Below are positions 10,801 through 19,695 of a stretch of 64,000 bases of DNA, in pieces. The DNA is from Nibricoccus sp. (GTDB lineage Bacteria > Verrucomicrobiota > Verrucomicrobiia > Opitutales > Opitutaceae): contig JASGHG010000001.1 of NCBI GenBank assembly GCA_047602425.1, forward strand, positions 1,664,001 to 1,728,000. The letters are read 5' to 3'. Each line of letters begins with the position of its first letter. Position 1 is the stretch's first letter. A program made the translations under genes and the position numbers. The notes beneath the pieces are model-generated. The model made no database searches. It had not been told where the DNA came from and saw only the letters and a program-made list of their open reading frames with translations.

Positions 10801-10877
10801 GCACTTGCGAATTCGCCACCCAGCCCGGTGGCGGCCTCGCCGTGACTTTTTCCATCACACTTTCCGTGACCGCTTGA
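7854..10877 (+). CDS. Sensor histidine kinase with beta-propeller (Reg_prop) repeats, Y_Y_Y domain, HisKA_3 and HATPase
   Basis: GLPSN...QDGQGYLW propeller repeats, RYQLEGFD...YPRLPPGTYVF, TM helix, ERTRIARNIHDELG, KEALNNAVKHA, DNGRG. Confidence 0.93.
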   Translation: MLQPTPNLFRLFCAVLCLATTPLYADYRPPADYTLREWTESQGLPSNEASAVFQDGQGYLWVITNAGPARFDGNSFEPQKMPPEVASRGMIILPDPTNRTATLVAPANLNAGSEGAVTAKTDGFYIRDASGEFRFQQEPLLTGKTVRTVFAMPDGTLWLGCDDGTLLRRKGAEAALFPAPETATTKRNPILAIDQQQRLWAVIGAHIYRLDGSSWTLQYTEPSNGELRLCSSQTGGPWLLTREALFKWQDDRLVEIARLPELMGAHFVQTALEDTHGILWLGTRSQGLFRYTNNKFLHLATGSEDITAIWADTEDDLWVTTNGGGLNRLRPKAHHLFDQASGLKDNYSYTVAEDASGAIWLGNRDGGAARIVDGTVDPISRRANWRPFSAMSVSPANDGGMWITSGIGIYRTDPSNTDKLQRQPAIPGYKSVRASFTARNGDYWFSVDPDRLVRWRAGQLTLFGHTEGFDGREIRAIAEDSEGVIWLGAADGRLYRSKGEKFERVPFADSDNAGAIQVLRFEADGTLLAGTTRVGVLIFLAADRLHPKALHAFAGLPSSNITQILADDHERYWFGSRNGIFWVHRAQVQAFALGKSARVHAITLGVDDGLPELTCLGLFQPAAWKSRDGKLWFATRRGVLCTDPALTTGDDHLDPVTVSAMTCDGQSRTLSDKPRIRSTVRKTEIRLSVLCLSTPERVQVRYQLEGFDNDWVVLKDSRVATYPRLPPGTYVFRAMASKGNGIWNEQSELLTLTVTPPWWQSLWARVLYLLILVVVVGVVVRARSHRRLSRRLVDLERERAIEQERTRIARNIHDELGASLTHISLLTQAAQQNQPAQNASFDKIYEATHEITRAMDEIVWAVNPKCDDLESLVYYIGNFAQNLLSAAGIRCRLDLPSAPPPLRLPSPVRHNLFLCCKEALNNAVKHAKAELVSIAITVEGQTLRLTVADNGRGLAPAVSNARTRLTPASGLENLRQRMTEIGGTCEFATQPGGGLAVTFSITLSVTA

Positions 10878-10917
10878 AATCCCCGCCACTATTTGCAGCC
10901 TCGCCCGAACCCCACCC

Positions 10918-11556
10918 ATGAAAATCCGGGTATCCATCATCGAAGACGACGACACCACCCGTGGAATCTTGACGGAAATTGTCACCAGCGCGCCCGACCT
11001 CGAACTGGTCAGTCAATACAACCGCTGCGCTCCCGCCATCAAAGCACTTCCCGCCGAAACGCCCCACGTCGTCCTAGTCGATATCAACCTCCCGGAAATG
11101 AATGGCGTTGAGGCCGTGCGTCTCCTCAAGCCCGCGATGCCTGGCACGCAGTTTTTAATGCTCACCGTTTACGAAGATGCGGACCACATCTTCGCCGCGC
11201 TCGCCGCCGGGGCGACGGGTTACCTTTTAAAAGGCACGCGACGCGGCGAACTCCTCGACGCCATCTCTCAAATCATGTCCGGCGGTTCGCCCATGAGTAG
11301 CGGCATCGCGCGCAAGGTCGTGCAATCTTTCACCAGTTTCCCGCCTACTCCGCGCGCCTCCGATCTCGAAACACTTTCCCCGCGCGAACAATCCGTCCTC
11401 GATCTCTTGAGCAAAGGCTACCTTTACAAGGAAATCGCCGAATCGCTGGGCGTCAGTGTGCCGACTGTGAACACGTACATCCGTCGCATCTACGAAAAAC
11501 TCCAGGTGCACTCGCGCACACAAGCCATCAACAAGTACCGGCAAAAGCCGAACTAA
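10918..11556 (+). CDS. NarL/LuxR-family response regulator
   Basis: REC domain (IIEDD, LVDINLP, GYLLK) plus LuxR HTH (LSPREQSVL...YKEIAESL...TVNTYIRRIYEKL). Confidence 0.95.
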   Translation: MKIRVSIIEDDDTTRGILTEIVTSAPDLELVSQYNRCAPAIKALPAETPHVVLVDINLPEMNGVEAVRLLKPAMPGTQFLMLTVYEDADHIFAALAAGATGYLLKGTRRGELLDAISQIMSGGSPMSSGIARKVVQSFTSFPPTPRASDLETLSPREQSVLDLLSKGYLYKEIAESLGVSVPTVNTYIRRIYEKLQVHSRTQAINKYRQKPN

Positions 11557-11583
11557 TCGCCAGCGCCCTAAGAAGGGCCGCCG

Positions 11584-12393
11584 TTAAAACTTGATCGAGA
11601 CCCGATCGCCGCTCACGCCGAGCCGGCTGATTGAATCGTAAACCGACTCATCCGAAATCCTACGGGTGATCCGTTCGCGCGAACGTGCGGAATCCTGACT
11701 TCCCGCCGCATGGGGATCGTAGGCCACCATGTAGGCAAGCAACCGTGAACGACGATTGTCGCGCGGCGTGCTCACCTGCGTCAGCGGCTCCACCACGTTG
11801 TTTTGCACCGATTCGGTCCGACCGGCATTGTCGTCGATCAGACCGACCATTTGCGCGAGAGCCTGTCCAGCGGCTTTCACCGTGGCCGTGCCCGCGAGCA
11901 GCAATTGTTCGGACGTAGAAGAATTCGCAGAATCGCTTTCACTGGAGGTAACAACCAGTTCGGCTGAACTCTCGCGTTTTACTTCACGATCCGCCACTGC
12001 AGGCATTTCGACTGCGGCGACCTTAAATTCATTTTCCACGCGCTCTGCGCGGGCTGGCGAGATTGCGACCACATTTTCAACAACCGCTACCGGAGTGGCT
12101 ACCGTACTAGTCGACTGCGCCAAAGCCACTTTCGGCGCATCGGGACGCTGGAAAACCCCAAAAGACAGGGCAACGACAGCAGCCGCACCCAAAGGCGCGT
12201 AAACCCGAAGCAACAATTTGCGGCTGGCGATGCCATGGTACCAGGGACGCACCGGCTGGACGAGCGCCGCGAGTTGTTTCGCGCGCAGTTCCTGTTCGAA
12301 ACGGGGCCAAAATTCAGCCGAAGGTCTCTCAGCACGTTTCAGTTGCAGCAAATCCTCGAGAGTAACCTGGGGTTTACGTTTCGGCTCGTTCAT
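11584..12393 (-). CDS. Single-TM hypothetical protein, putative anti-sigma factor
   Basis: ATGA overlap with the ECF sigma stop codon; short N-terminal domain, one hydrophobic helix, extracytoplasmic tail. Confidence 0.65.
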   Translation of the reverse strand: MNEPKRKPQVTLEDLLQLKRAERPSAEFWPRFEQELRAKQLAALVQPVRPWYHGIASRKLLLRVYAPLGAAAVVALSFGVFQRPDAPKVALAQSTSTVATPVAVVENVVAISPARAERVENEFKVAAVEMPAVADREVKRESSAELVVTSSESDSANSSTSEQLLLAGTATVKAAGQALAQMVGLIDDNAGRTESVQNNVVEPLTQVSTPRDNRRSRLLAYMVAYDPHAAGSQDSARSRERITRRISDESVYDSISRLGVSGDRVSIKF

Positions 12394-13025
12394 GGATTCA
12401 GGTATTGTTGCAGCTCGGCCTGTAAAAGCTGCTTCGCGTAGTGGAGACGCGAACGAACCGTGCCCACCGAGCATTCCATAATCTCGGCGATCTCTTCATG
12501 CCCAAGGCCTTCGATTTCAAATAAAGTTACCACGGTACGATGCTTGATAGACAATTTCATCAGCGCCTCGTTCAATTTTTCCTGTAGCTCGCGAACAAAC
12601 AGCTGCCGGTCAGCTCCTTGTTTATCAGTCAGTTGATTGATCAACTCAGCCGTTTTATCCTCTTCATGAATCTTCTCGAAACTGAAGAAGCTGCGTAGCT
12701 TGGCCTTACGTAAGTGCGTGAGAGTCGAATTTACTGCAATCCGGTACAGCCAAGTGAAAAACGAAGACTGCGCGTGAAACCGGTGAATCGACTGAAACGC
12801 CTTGATAAAAACGTCCTGCGTCAGGTCCGCCGCGTCCTCGCGATTCGACGTCATGTTGTAAATAATGCCGTACACGCGGTCGCGGTATTTTAAAATCAAT
12901 GCGTCAAAAGCCGCTACGTCCCCTGCCTGGACACGTTGGACAGTTAGCCGGTCAGAATCGGCTTCTTGCTGACGCTCGGGCGTGACCACGAGGGTCTTTT
13001 CCAGTGCCTTGGAGGCGGCGTCCAT
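12390..13025 (-). CDS. ECF sigma-70 factor (RpoE-like)
   Basis: Region 2 DAADLTQDVFIKAF...FFTWLYRIAVN; region 4 EEIAEIMECSVGTVRSRLHYA. Confidence 0.93.
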   Translation of the reverse strand: MDAASKALEKTLVVTPERQQEADSDRLTVQRVQAGDVAAFDALILKYRDRVYGIIYNMTSNREDAADLTQDVFIKAFQSIHRFHAQSSFFTWLYRIAVNSTLTHLRKAKLRSFFSFEKIHEEDKTAELINQLTDKQGADRQLFVRELQEKLNEALMKLSIKHRTVVTLFEIEGLGHEEIAEIMECSVGTVRSRLHYAKQLLQAELQQYLNP

Positions 13026-13091
13026 GGGTTGGGAACCATGCAGAGCCCACGCCAGTTCGCAAATCGAAACTAATCGGACTGTCCGCCGGGT

Positions 13092-14120
13092 TCAGGTGCC
13101 ACCGCGCAGGGCGGCCACCTGATACCGCAACACCGTTCCCAATCTTAATAAAGCGACGGCGGGTGGCTCCCCCGCGAACGGCGCAAGGGCGGATTCCCCT
13201 TGAGCCAACTCCTCCGACACGGCGCCCGCGACGACGTCGAAAATGCCGAGCTCCTTCATTTGTTTAATGCGCAGGCCCGGCTGGGCTGCCCGCTTTCCGG
13301 TGATCTCCGCAATCAGTTCCACACGCTCGGCCTCCGACAACCGGGCCAGCAACGCCTCCAAAGGCAACGTGATCTTGCCACTGGCCAGATCCGTGCCGAG
13401 CGTTTTGCCGATCTTTTTCTCATCGCCAAAAAAATCCGCCAGGTCGTCGTAGATTTGATATGCAATGCCGAGATGGCGGCCAAAGGTGCCGGCGGCCCCG
13501 ACGAAGGCCTCCGAACCTCCGCCATAGCGCGCTCCCAAATGACATGACACGCGGAAAAGCTCCGCCGTCTTCAGGTCGATGATGCGCTGGTAGTCGGCAT
13601 GCGAAATATTCGTCGAACCACGACGCAGCGTCTGCACGATTTCGCCGGCGCAGACGCGGCGCATCGAACGGGAAACTTCCTGGCAAACCTCGGTCGTCGG
13701 AAATCGCGTCGCCAGATTCAACGCGTGCGAAAAAAGCGCATCCCCGAGCAGGACCGCGGCCGTGGCGCCGTATTTGCTCGCCGCCGTGGGCCGGTTGCGG
13801 CGCACCTTCGCCTCATCCATGATGTCGTCGTGCACGAGCGACGCCAGATGCACCAATTCGATCACCGCCGCAATGCGCACGAGATCCGTCGAAATTTCGC
13901 CGTTTCTCCAACCACTCGTAAAGACTAAAGCCGGCCGGATGCGTTTGCCAGAGGTGTCGATGCAGTAGTCCGCCATTCCGCGAATTTCGGGCTCGAATTC
14001 AACCAACTGCGCCCGCAAATGCTCGTCGAGCGCCGCCATATGCGGTTTCAACACGGCAAACACCGCTGCGAAATCCTGCGGGGCAGCAGACGCGTTGAGG
14101 TTGTCGTTTTTGGCGGTCAT
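13092..14120 (-). CDS. Polyprenyl diphosphate synthase (IspB/HepT family)
   Basis: GKRIRP, first DDxxD (HDDIMD), KTAELF, second motif QIYDDLAD. Confidence 0.93.
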   Translation of the reverse strand: MTAKNDNLNASAAPQDFAAVFAVLKPHMAALDEHLRAQLVEFEPEIRGMADYCIDTSGKRIRPALVFTSGWRNGEISTDLVRIAAVIELVHLASLVHDDIMDEAKVRRNRPTAASKYGATAAVLLGDALFSHALNLATRFPTTEVCQEVSRSMRRVCAGEIVQTLRRGSTNISHADYQRIIDLKTAELFRVSCHLGARYGGGSEAFVGAAGTFGRHLGIAYQIYDDLADFFGDEKKIGKTLGTDLASGKITLPLEALLARLSEAERVELIAEITGKRAAQPGLRIKQMKELGIFDVVAGAVSEELAQGESALAPFAGEPPAVALLRLGTVLRYQVAALRGGT

Positions 14121-14224
14121 GCGATTCGGCGGGAACGTGGATGAGTTGCTCAGAAATGATCGATGTACAATGCCTTCGTCGATGCAAAATAAGCGCAGGC
14201 TTTCACCAACAGTCCGCGGGCCAC

Positions 14225-14256
14225 AAAAAAAGCCGCCTCGTTGAAAAGGCGGCTTT
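14225..14256 (-). terminator. Rho-independent terminator of rplM-rpsI
   Basis: AAAGCCGCCT-loop-AGGCGGCTTT hairpin with T run on the minus strand. Confidence 0.8.
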
Positions 14257-14279
14257 GAAAGTTCAAAAGGTCTCGGCGA

Positions 14280-14678
14280 TTAACGCTTCGAGAACTGGAA
14301 GCGCTTGCGGGCGCCGGGCTGGCCGGGCTTCTTGCGTTCTTTTTCGCGAGGATCGCGCTTGATGTGGCCGGCCTTCTTGAGGGCGGGACGAAGCTCGGCG
14401 TTGAGCTTCTGCAGCGCACGGGCGATGCCGTGGGCGACTGCGCCGGCTTGACCGGCAACGCCACCACCAGCGACATTCGCGATCACGTCGATCTTGTCGC
14501 GCATCTCAACCGTGAGAAGGGGCGCATAGGCCTGCTTCGCAAAGTTCTCGTGCGAGAAATAATTTTCGAAATCACGCTCGTTGACGACGAGCTTGCCCGA
14601 GCCTTCGACGATGCGAACGCGGGCGGTGGAGGACTTGCGGCGGCCGGTGGCCAGGAAGATAGCTTTGTCAGCGCTCAT
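14280..14678 (-). CDS. rpsI: 30S ribosomal protein S9
   Basis: [40 protein letters not shown]. Confidence 0.99.
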   Translation of the reverse strand: MSADKAIFLATGRRKSSTARVRIVEGSGKLVVNERDFENYFSHENFAKQAYAPLLTVEMRDKIDVIANVAGGGVAGQAGAVAHGIARALQKLNAELRPALKKAGHIKRDPREKERKKPGQPGARKRFQFSKR

Positions 14679-14688
14679 GGGTGGCTAA

Positions 14689-15117
14689 TCAGAGGGAGAT
14701 TTTGACGGGGTTCTGAGCCTCGTGCGTGTGCGCCGGGCCTTTGAAGACGCGGAGCTTGGTTAGCATTTTGGCCGCGATGCGATTCTTCGGGAGCATGCCT
14801 TTTACGGCGTGCTTGATGATAAATTCGGGATTGCGCTCGCGTTGAAGCTTGAGCGAACGGTAGCTCTCGCCGCCGACGAAGCCGGAGAAGAACATGTATT
14901 CGTTCTGCTCTTCTTTTTTGCCGGTGAGGACGACTTTCTCGGCGTTGATGACCACGACAAAGTCACCGGTGTCGACGCTCGGGGTGTAGGAAGCTTTGTT
15001 GCGGCCGCGAATGATGTTGGCGGCTTTAACCGCGAGACGACCGAGCACCGCACCCTCGGCATCGATAAGATACCACTTGGGTTGGACCGTCTCTTTTTGG
15101 GCGAGGAACGTTTTCAT
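14689..15117 (-). CDS. rplM: 50S ribosomal protein L13
   Basis: MKTF...WYLIDA...LGRLA...YTPSVDTGDFVVVINAEK...KGMLPKN. Confidence 0.99.
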   Translation of the reverse strand: MKTFLAQKETVQPKWYLIDAEGAVLGRLAVKAANIIRGRNKASYTPSVDTGDFVVVINAEKVVLTGKKEEQNEYMFFSGFVGGESYRSLKLQRERNPEFIIKHAVKGMLPKNRIAAKMLTKLRVFKGPAHTHEAQNPVKISL

Positions 15118-15200
15118 GAAAGGAAAAGGGGTCAACAGCTAGGGTATTAAAAAGACCTGTCAACACGCATTTGTTAGGAATCTTAAATCACTGGGAAAAG

Positions 15201-15228
15201 AAAACCCGCCCCGAGGCTCGGGGCGGGT
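15201..15228 (-). terminator. Rho-independent terminator
   Basis: ACCCGCCCCGAG / CTCGGGGCGGGT hairpin with T run, downstream of the porin gene. Confidence 0.75.
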
Positions 15229-15256
15229 CGAAAATGAAGCTTTTAAACAGACTGGC

Positions 15257-16018
15257 TTAGAAACCGATGGTCACGCCGGCGGTGACGGCAGCGTTCTGAT
15301 GAGGACGGAAGTCCTTAAAGAACTTGTCGTTCTGGGTCAGGCTGGCGCCGACATGCACGTTGGCGTTTTCAGCGAGCTTGTAAGGAATGTTCACGCCGAT
15401 GCCGTAGTAGTTCCACGACTCACGGGTGTCATTCGGGCTGACGATGTCAGGCGTCATGTTGTGCGCGCCAACGACACCAGCAAAAACGCTGAAGTCGATC
15501 GAGGTGCCGATGCTGGTGAGAGCGAGGCTATAACCAAGCGAAGCCTGCACGGTCTGGGCCTTGAGGCGGAAGTCGTAGTAGTAGTAGAGGCTCGTGGAAG
15601 CGCCCTTGAAAGCGGGGCTGAGGCCTTCGAGATTGAAGATACCGCCGACACCGATTTCGTAGCTGTGGTGCGTGATGCCGCCCGTGGCTTCCGGATAGTA
15701 GTAATACGTGCCGATGAAATCAGCCGTCAGGTCACGCGTGAGCTTGAGCTTATAACCAGCGTAGAAATCGATTTCGTTGAGATCTTCGCCCTTGGAATTC
15801 AGAGGCTGGCTGGTCCAAACGCCGAGACGGAAGTCGTCCTGACCAACTTCGACGGAGCCTTGGAAGGCAGCGTTCGAGTTTTTGATGCCACGGAAAACAT
15901 ATTCCGAGGTGTACGAGAAGTCAGTCGTAACGGAGTACGAAGGCTTCGCGGTCACTCCTTGGCCGTAGGAAACGCCAGCGGCCATCAAGGCGGCAATGAT
16001 AAGTGCGGTTTTTTTCAT
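15257..16018 (-). CDS. TorF-family (TIGR02001-like) putative outer-membrane porin
   Basis: Signal peptide, SEYVFRG, EIDFYAGY, TYYYYP, terminal Phe. Confidence 0.8.
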   Translation of the reverse strand: MKKTALIIAALMAAGVSYGQGVTAKPSYSVTTDFSYTSEYVFRGIKNSNAAFQGSVEVGQDDFRLGVWTSQPLNSKGEDLNEIDFYAGYKLKLTRDLTADFIGTYYYYPEATGGITHHSYEIGVGGIFNLEGLSPAFKGASTSLYYYYDFRLKAQTVQASLGYSLALTSIGTSIDFSVFAGVVGAHNMTPDIVSPNDTRESWNYYGIGVNIPYKLAENANVHVGASLTQNDKFFKDFRPHQNAAVTAGVTIGF

Positions 16019-16173
16019 AACGTAGTCTGTAGTGTGTGTTAGCGCCGCGTGAGCGGCTGTTCGACGAAAAGGATAAGTTTGTAAAAAAGACAAGAATTAA
16101 CTTGCTTAACCTTTTCGCAGGCTACCGAGACAGAAGATTGGCACGCTCGTTCCCAAAAAACATAAAAACCGTC

Positions 16174-16569
16174 ATGTCGCATCGTTTCATCGGAGGCTTA
16201 ATCGCCTCGCTCGGAGCCACCGGCGTCGGCCTCGGCGCCTTCGGAGCCCATGCCCTCAAGGCCCAACTGGTCGCCGCCGGCCAACTCGACAACTGGCGCA
16301 CCGCTGTATCCTATCAGATGATACATGTGGTCGCGGCCCTGACGCTGTGGGCTCTCCCGCAAGCAGATAGCCGGGTTCCGCGCCCTGGATTGCTGCGCGC
16401 CGCCGTCTTCTGCTGGCTGGCCGGTTTAATTCTATTCTCTGGTTCGATCTACGGACTTTGTTTGGATGGTCCGCGCTGGTTGGGCCCGGTGACTCCGCTC
16501 GGAGGCGTGGCGTTGATCGCGGGCTGGTTGTGCGTGCTGGCGGCTTGTGTTTCAAAAAAGAAAGCCTGA
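16174..16569 (+). CDS. DUF423 (YgdD/TMEM256) small membrane protein
   Basis: GAFGAH, YQMIH, LFSGSIY, GPVTPLGG. Confidence 0.9.
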   Translation: MSHRFIGGLIASLGATGVGLGAFGAHALKAQLVAAGQLDNWRTAVSYQMIHVVAALTLWALPQADSRVPRPGLLRAAVFCWLAGLILFSGSIYGLCLDGPRWLGPVTPLGGVALIAGWLCVLAACVSKKKA

Positions 16570-17969
16570 TGCCCGCGCCGATGGAACTCCCCTCCCCGCT
16601 CATCGCGGTGCTGCAGGCGGTCCGCACCGTCGGCCGGCCACGCGTCGTCGGAGGCTGCGTACGCGACTGGTTGCTCGGGCTGGGAGCAAAGGACTTCGAC
16701 GTCGAAGTCCCAGGCGTGAATTTCGAGATGCTGCACCGTGTGCTGGCGCCTTTTGGGGCGACCGATGTGGTTGGGCGCAGCTTCGGCGTGATCAAGCTGC
16801 GCATGAATGGTGTCGAATATGATTTCAGCCTGCCTCGGCGCGAATCGAAAACGGGCGCGGGACATCGCGGTTTCGCTGTCGCACCCGAACCAAACCTTAG
16901 CGATAGCGAAGCGGCGGCTCGGCGCGATTTCACCGTCAACGCCATCGCCTGGGATCCCTTCACCGGTGCGTTGATCGATCCGCACGGCGGCGAGCGCGAT
17001 CTGCGCAATCGCGTTTTGCGGCATACGAGCAGCGCCTTCGTCGAGGATCCGCTCCGCGTGTTGCGGGGCTTTCAACTTGCCGCGCGTTTCGATTTTTCCC
17101 TCGCGCCCGAAACCGCCACGCTCTGCCGTTCGATCAAGGCTAGTTATGCCGAGTTGCCCGTGGAACGCGTTTGGGGCGAATGGGCGAAGTGGGCCGAAAA
17201 AGCGCAAAAGCCGTCACGTGGCCTTGCCGTGCTGAAAGAGACCGAATGGCTCGCGCATTTTCCCGAACTCGCCGCGCTCGATGGTACGCCGCAGGACCCA
17301 GAATGGCATCCGGAAGGAGATGCATTTGTGCACACAGGCCATTGTTGCGATGCACTGGTTCGGCTTGAGGATTGGCGAACCGCGCCAACGGAGACGCGCC
17401 GTACCCTGTCGCTGGCTGTGCTCGCACACGATTTCGGGAAACCCTCGACGACGGCGCATGCGGAAAAACGCGGCAAGATGCGCTGGGTAAGTCCCGGCCA
17501 CGAAGCCGCAGGCGGTCCGGTGGCCGAGACGTTCCTGCGAAGGATCGGCGCGCCCAACGACACGATCGAGCGCGTGCGTCCGCTCGTGGTCAACCACATG
17601 GTTCAGCACGGAAGCAGCGACCCACTTTCCGACACTGCCGTCCGCCGGCTGGCCCGGCGCCTTTCACCCTCGTCCATCGCCGAGCTTTGCCTTGTCATGC
17701 GCGCCGATCACGACGGAAGGCCGCCGATCCATTCGCCAGAGACATTGCGCCGCATCGACAGTCTGCGCCGTCAGGCGGAGAATCTGGCGCTCGCCGCGAA
17801 CGCGCCGCGTCCCCTCGTGCAAGGCCGGCACCTGATCGAATTGGGGCTGAAACCCAGCCCAAAATTCAAAGCCATTCTCGATGAAGCGTTTGAAGCCCAG
17901 CTTGATGGTGCCTATATCGACGAAGCTGGCGGCATGAAATGGGTTCATAGTCGGTTGCGAATCGAGTAG
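16569..17969 (+). CDS. CCA-adding tRNA nucleotidyltransferase/poly(A) polymerase family protein with HD domain
   Basis: VGGCVRD...[35 protein letters not shown]. Confidence 0.9.
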   Translation: MPAPMELPSPLIAVLQAVRTVGRPRVVGGCVRDWLLGLGAKDFDVEVPGVNFEMLHRVLAPFGATDVVGRSFGVIKLRMNGVEYDFSLPRRESKTGAGHRGFAVAPEPNLSDSEAAARRDFTVNAIAWDPFTGALIDPHGGERDLRNRVLRHTSSAFVEDPLRVLRGFQLAARFDFSLAPETATLCRSIKASYAELPVERVWGEWAKWAEKAQKPSRGLAVLKETEWLAHFPELAALDGTPQDPEWHPEGDAFVHTGHCCDALVRLEDWRTAPTETRRTLSLAVLAHDFGKPSTTAHAEKRGKMRWVSPGHEAAGGPVAETFLRRIGAPNDTIERVRPLVVNHMVQHGSSDPLSDTAVRRLARRLSPSSIAELCLVMRADHDGRPPIHSPETLRRIDSLRRQAENLALAANAPRPLVQGRHLIELGLKPSPKFKAILDEAFEAQLDGAYIDEAGGMKWVHSRLRIE

Positions 17970-18015
17970 ATCGCTTTATCATCAGCAGCTTTCCGATTCA
18001 CACCACAACCACTCC

Positions 18016-18972
18016 ATGTCCTCCGCGCCTCTTAACCAGCTCGATCAACTAAAACGCTTCACCAAAGTCGTAGCCGACACTGGCGACTTCGTGAGCATGA
18101 AGGAATTTGCGCCGCTCGACGCGACCACGAACCCTTCGCTAATTCTCAAGGCGGCCGCAATGCCCGCGTATGCGCCGCTCGTCGATCAGGCGATTCGCGA
18201 CGCCGGCAACTCCGCCACAACTGCACAGGTGATCGATCGCCTGCTCGTTGTATTCGGTTTGGAAATACTGAAAATCGTTCCCGGCCGCGTATCCTCCGAA
18301 GTGGACGCCCGTCTTTCGTTCGACCGCGACGGCACGATCGCCAAGGCCCATGAGATCATTGCGCTCTACGAAAAAGCCGGCATCGCCCGCGAACGCATCC
18401 TGATCAAAATCGCCTCGACATGGGAAGGCATCAAGGCGGCCGAACAACTCCAGAAAGAAGGCATCAATTGCAATCTGACCCTTCTCTTCTCGTTCGCCCA
18501 AGCCGTCGCCTGCGCCGAGGGGGGCATCAAGTTGATCTCGCCCTTCGTCGGTCGCATCCTCGACTGGCACAAGAAAAATTCGGGCAAAGATTTCGTCGGC
18601 GCCGACGACCCGGGCGTGAAATCCGTCACGCAGATATTTACCTATTATAAAAAGTTCGGCTACAAAACCGAGGTCATGGGCGCGAGCTTCCGCAACAAGG
18701 GCGAAATTCTCGAACTCGCCGGCTGCGACCTGCTCACGATCGCCCCGCCGCTCCTCGCCGAACTCAAGGCCTCGACTGAAACCGTCGCCTGCAAACTCAG
18801 CGCCGATGCCGCGAAATCCGCTGACGTGAAAAAAGTTTCCTTCGATGAAAAAGCCTTCCGCTTCGCATTGAATGAAGATGCGATGGCCACGGAAAAAACC
18901 GCCGAGGGCATTCGCCTCTTCTCCGCCGACATCGTGAAACTCGAACAGCTCATCGCGCAGAAACGCGGTTGA
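18016..18972 (+). CDS. tal: Transaldolase
   Basis: [49 protein letters not shown]. Confidence 0.98.
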   Translation: MSSAPLNQLDQLKRFTKVVADTGDFVSMKEFAPLDATTNPSLILKAAAMPAYAPLVDQAIRDAGNSATTAQVIDRLLVVFGLEILKIVPGRVSSEVDARLSFDRDGTIAKAHEIIALYEKAGIARERILIKIASTWEGIKAAEQLQKEGINCNLTLLFSFAQAVACAEGGIKLISPFVGRILDWHKKNSGKDFVGADDPGVKSVTQIFTYYKKFGYKTEVMGASFRNKGEILELAGCDLLTIAPPLLAELKASTETVACKLSADAAKSADVKKVSFDEKAFRFALNEDAMATEKTAEGIRLFSADIVKLEQLIAQKRG

Positions 18973-18988
18973 GCTGGATTTTATTCGG

Positions 18989-19675
18989 TCAACGACTGGC
19001 AAGCAGGCCGTCGAGTTCGGACAACAGCATGGCGCGGTCGCCCGACGAAAGGTCGCGCGACTGCTGGAGCACCTCGCGAATGCGCGCCGGGTCACGCTGT
19101 ATCCAATTTTGCACGACAGAACGCTGCGCACCGATCCGAAGCGCGGGATCGGTGATTTCCGTAGCGAGGCTGAGCGCGGCGTCGGGCATTTTGGCGACAA
19201 AGACCGGATGCCGGGCAAGTGCGCTCAGCCCCAGGTCGAACTCGCGGGCCGGAGGCCGGGCGCCCAACCACTCCCCGACCGACGCAGGATCACGATCAGC
19301 CCAAAGCGGCAGCGCTTCGAGCAGCATGCGTTCGCGCAGCGCGGAAACGGGCTCGCGCAACGCCGCATCGGCGACGGCGGCCGGATCGGCCTCGGCCAAC
19401 TCACGGATTTGCACGACAATCTCGTCGCTCAACTCCGATTGGGCTACGAACGATTTTGTGGGATTCTCCACGGGCGCAATAGTTTGATTTTCCGAGGTGA
19501 GGCGCGTTGACCCCAATGCGCTGGTTCGGCCTGCAATGCTGCAAAGCGCGTTGGGATCAATGCGCTCCGCCTCGTGGGGCTTTTTCTCCCTGCGTAGCAG
19601 GCAGTCGGTCGCGACGATGCCCGCCGTCACAAGGACGGCGAGCAAAGGCAGGCGAAGCTGAGGACGCAGACGCAT
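18989..19675 (-). CDS. Membrane-anchored helical-repeat hypothetical protein (W-x3-DP repeats)
   Basis: N-terminal hydrophobic anchor; repeats WADRDPA, ITDPALR, WIQRDPA; aligns by eye with the C-terminal half of 49537..50709; 20 bp downstream of GH53. Confidence 0.75.
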   Translation of the reverse strand: MRLRPQLRLPLLAVLVTAGIVATDCLLRREKKPHEAERIDPNALCSIAGRTSALGSTRLTSENQTIAPVENPTKSFVAQSELSDEIVVQIRELAEADPAAVADAALREPVSALRERMLLEALPLWADRDPASVGEWLGARPPAREFDLGLSALARHPVFVAKMPDAALSLATEITDPALRIGAQRSVVQNWIQRDPARIREVLQQSRDLSSGDRAMLLSELDGLLASR

Positions 19676-19695
19676 TCGTGCGCGGTTTCCAGGAA

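Noticed and set aside
8802..10985. 727-aa minus-strand ORF and similar long antisense ORFs (e.g. 18139..19218, 50191..51456, 61930..63057)
   Set aside because: They overlap well-supported genes on the other strand, show no motifs, and are expected at high GC.
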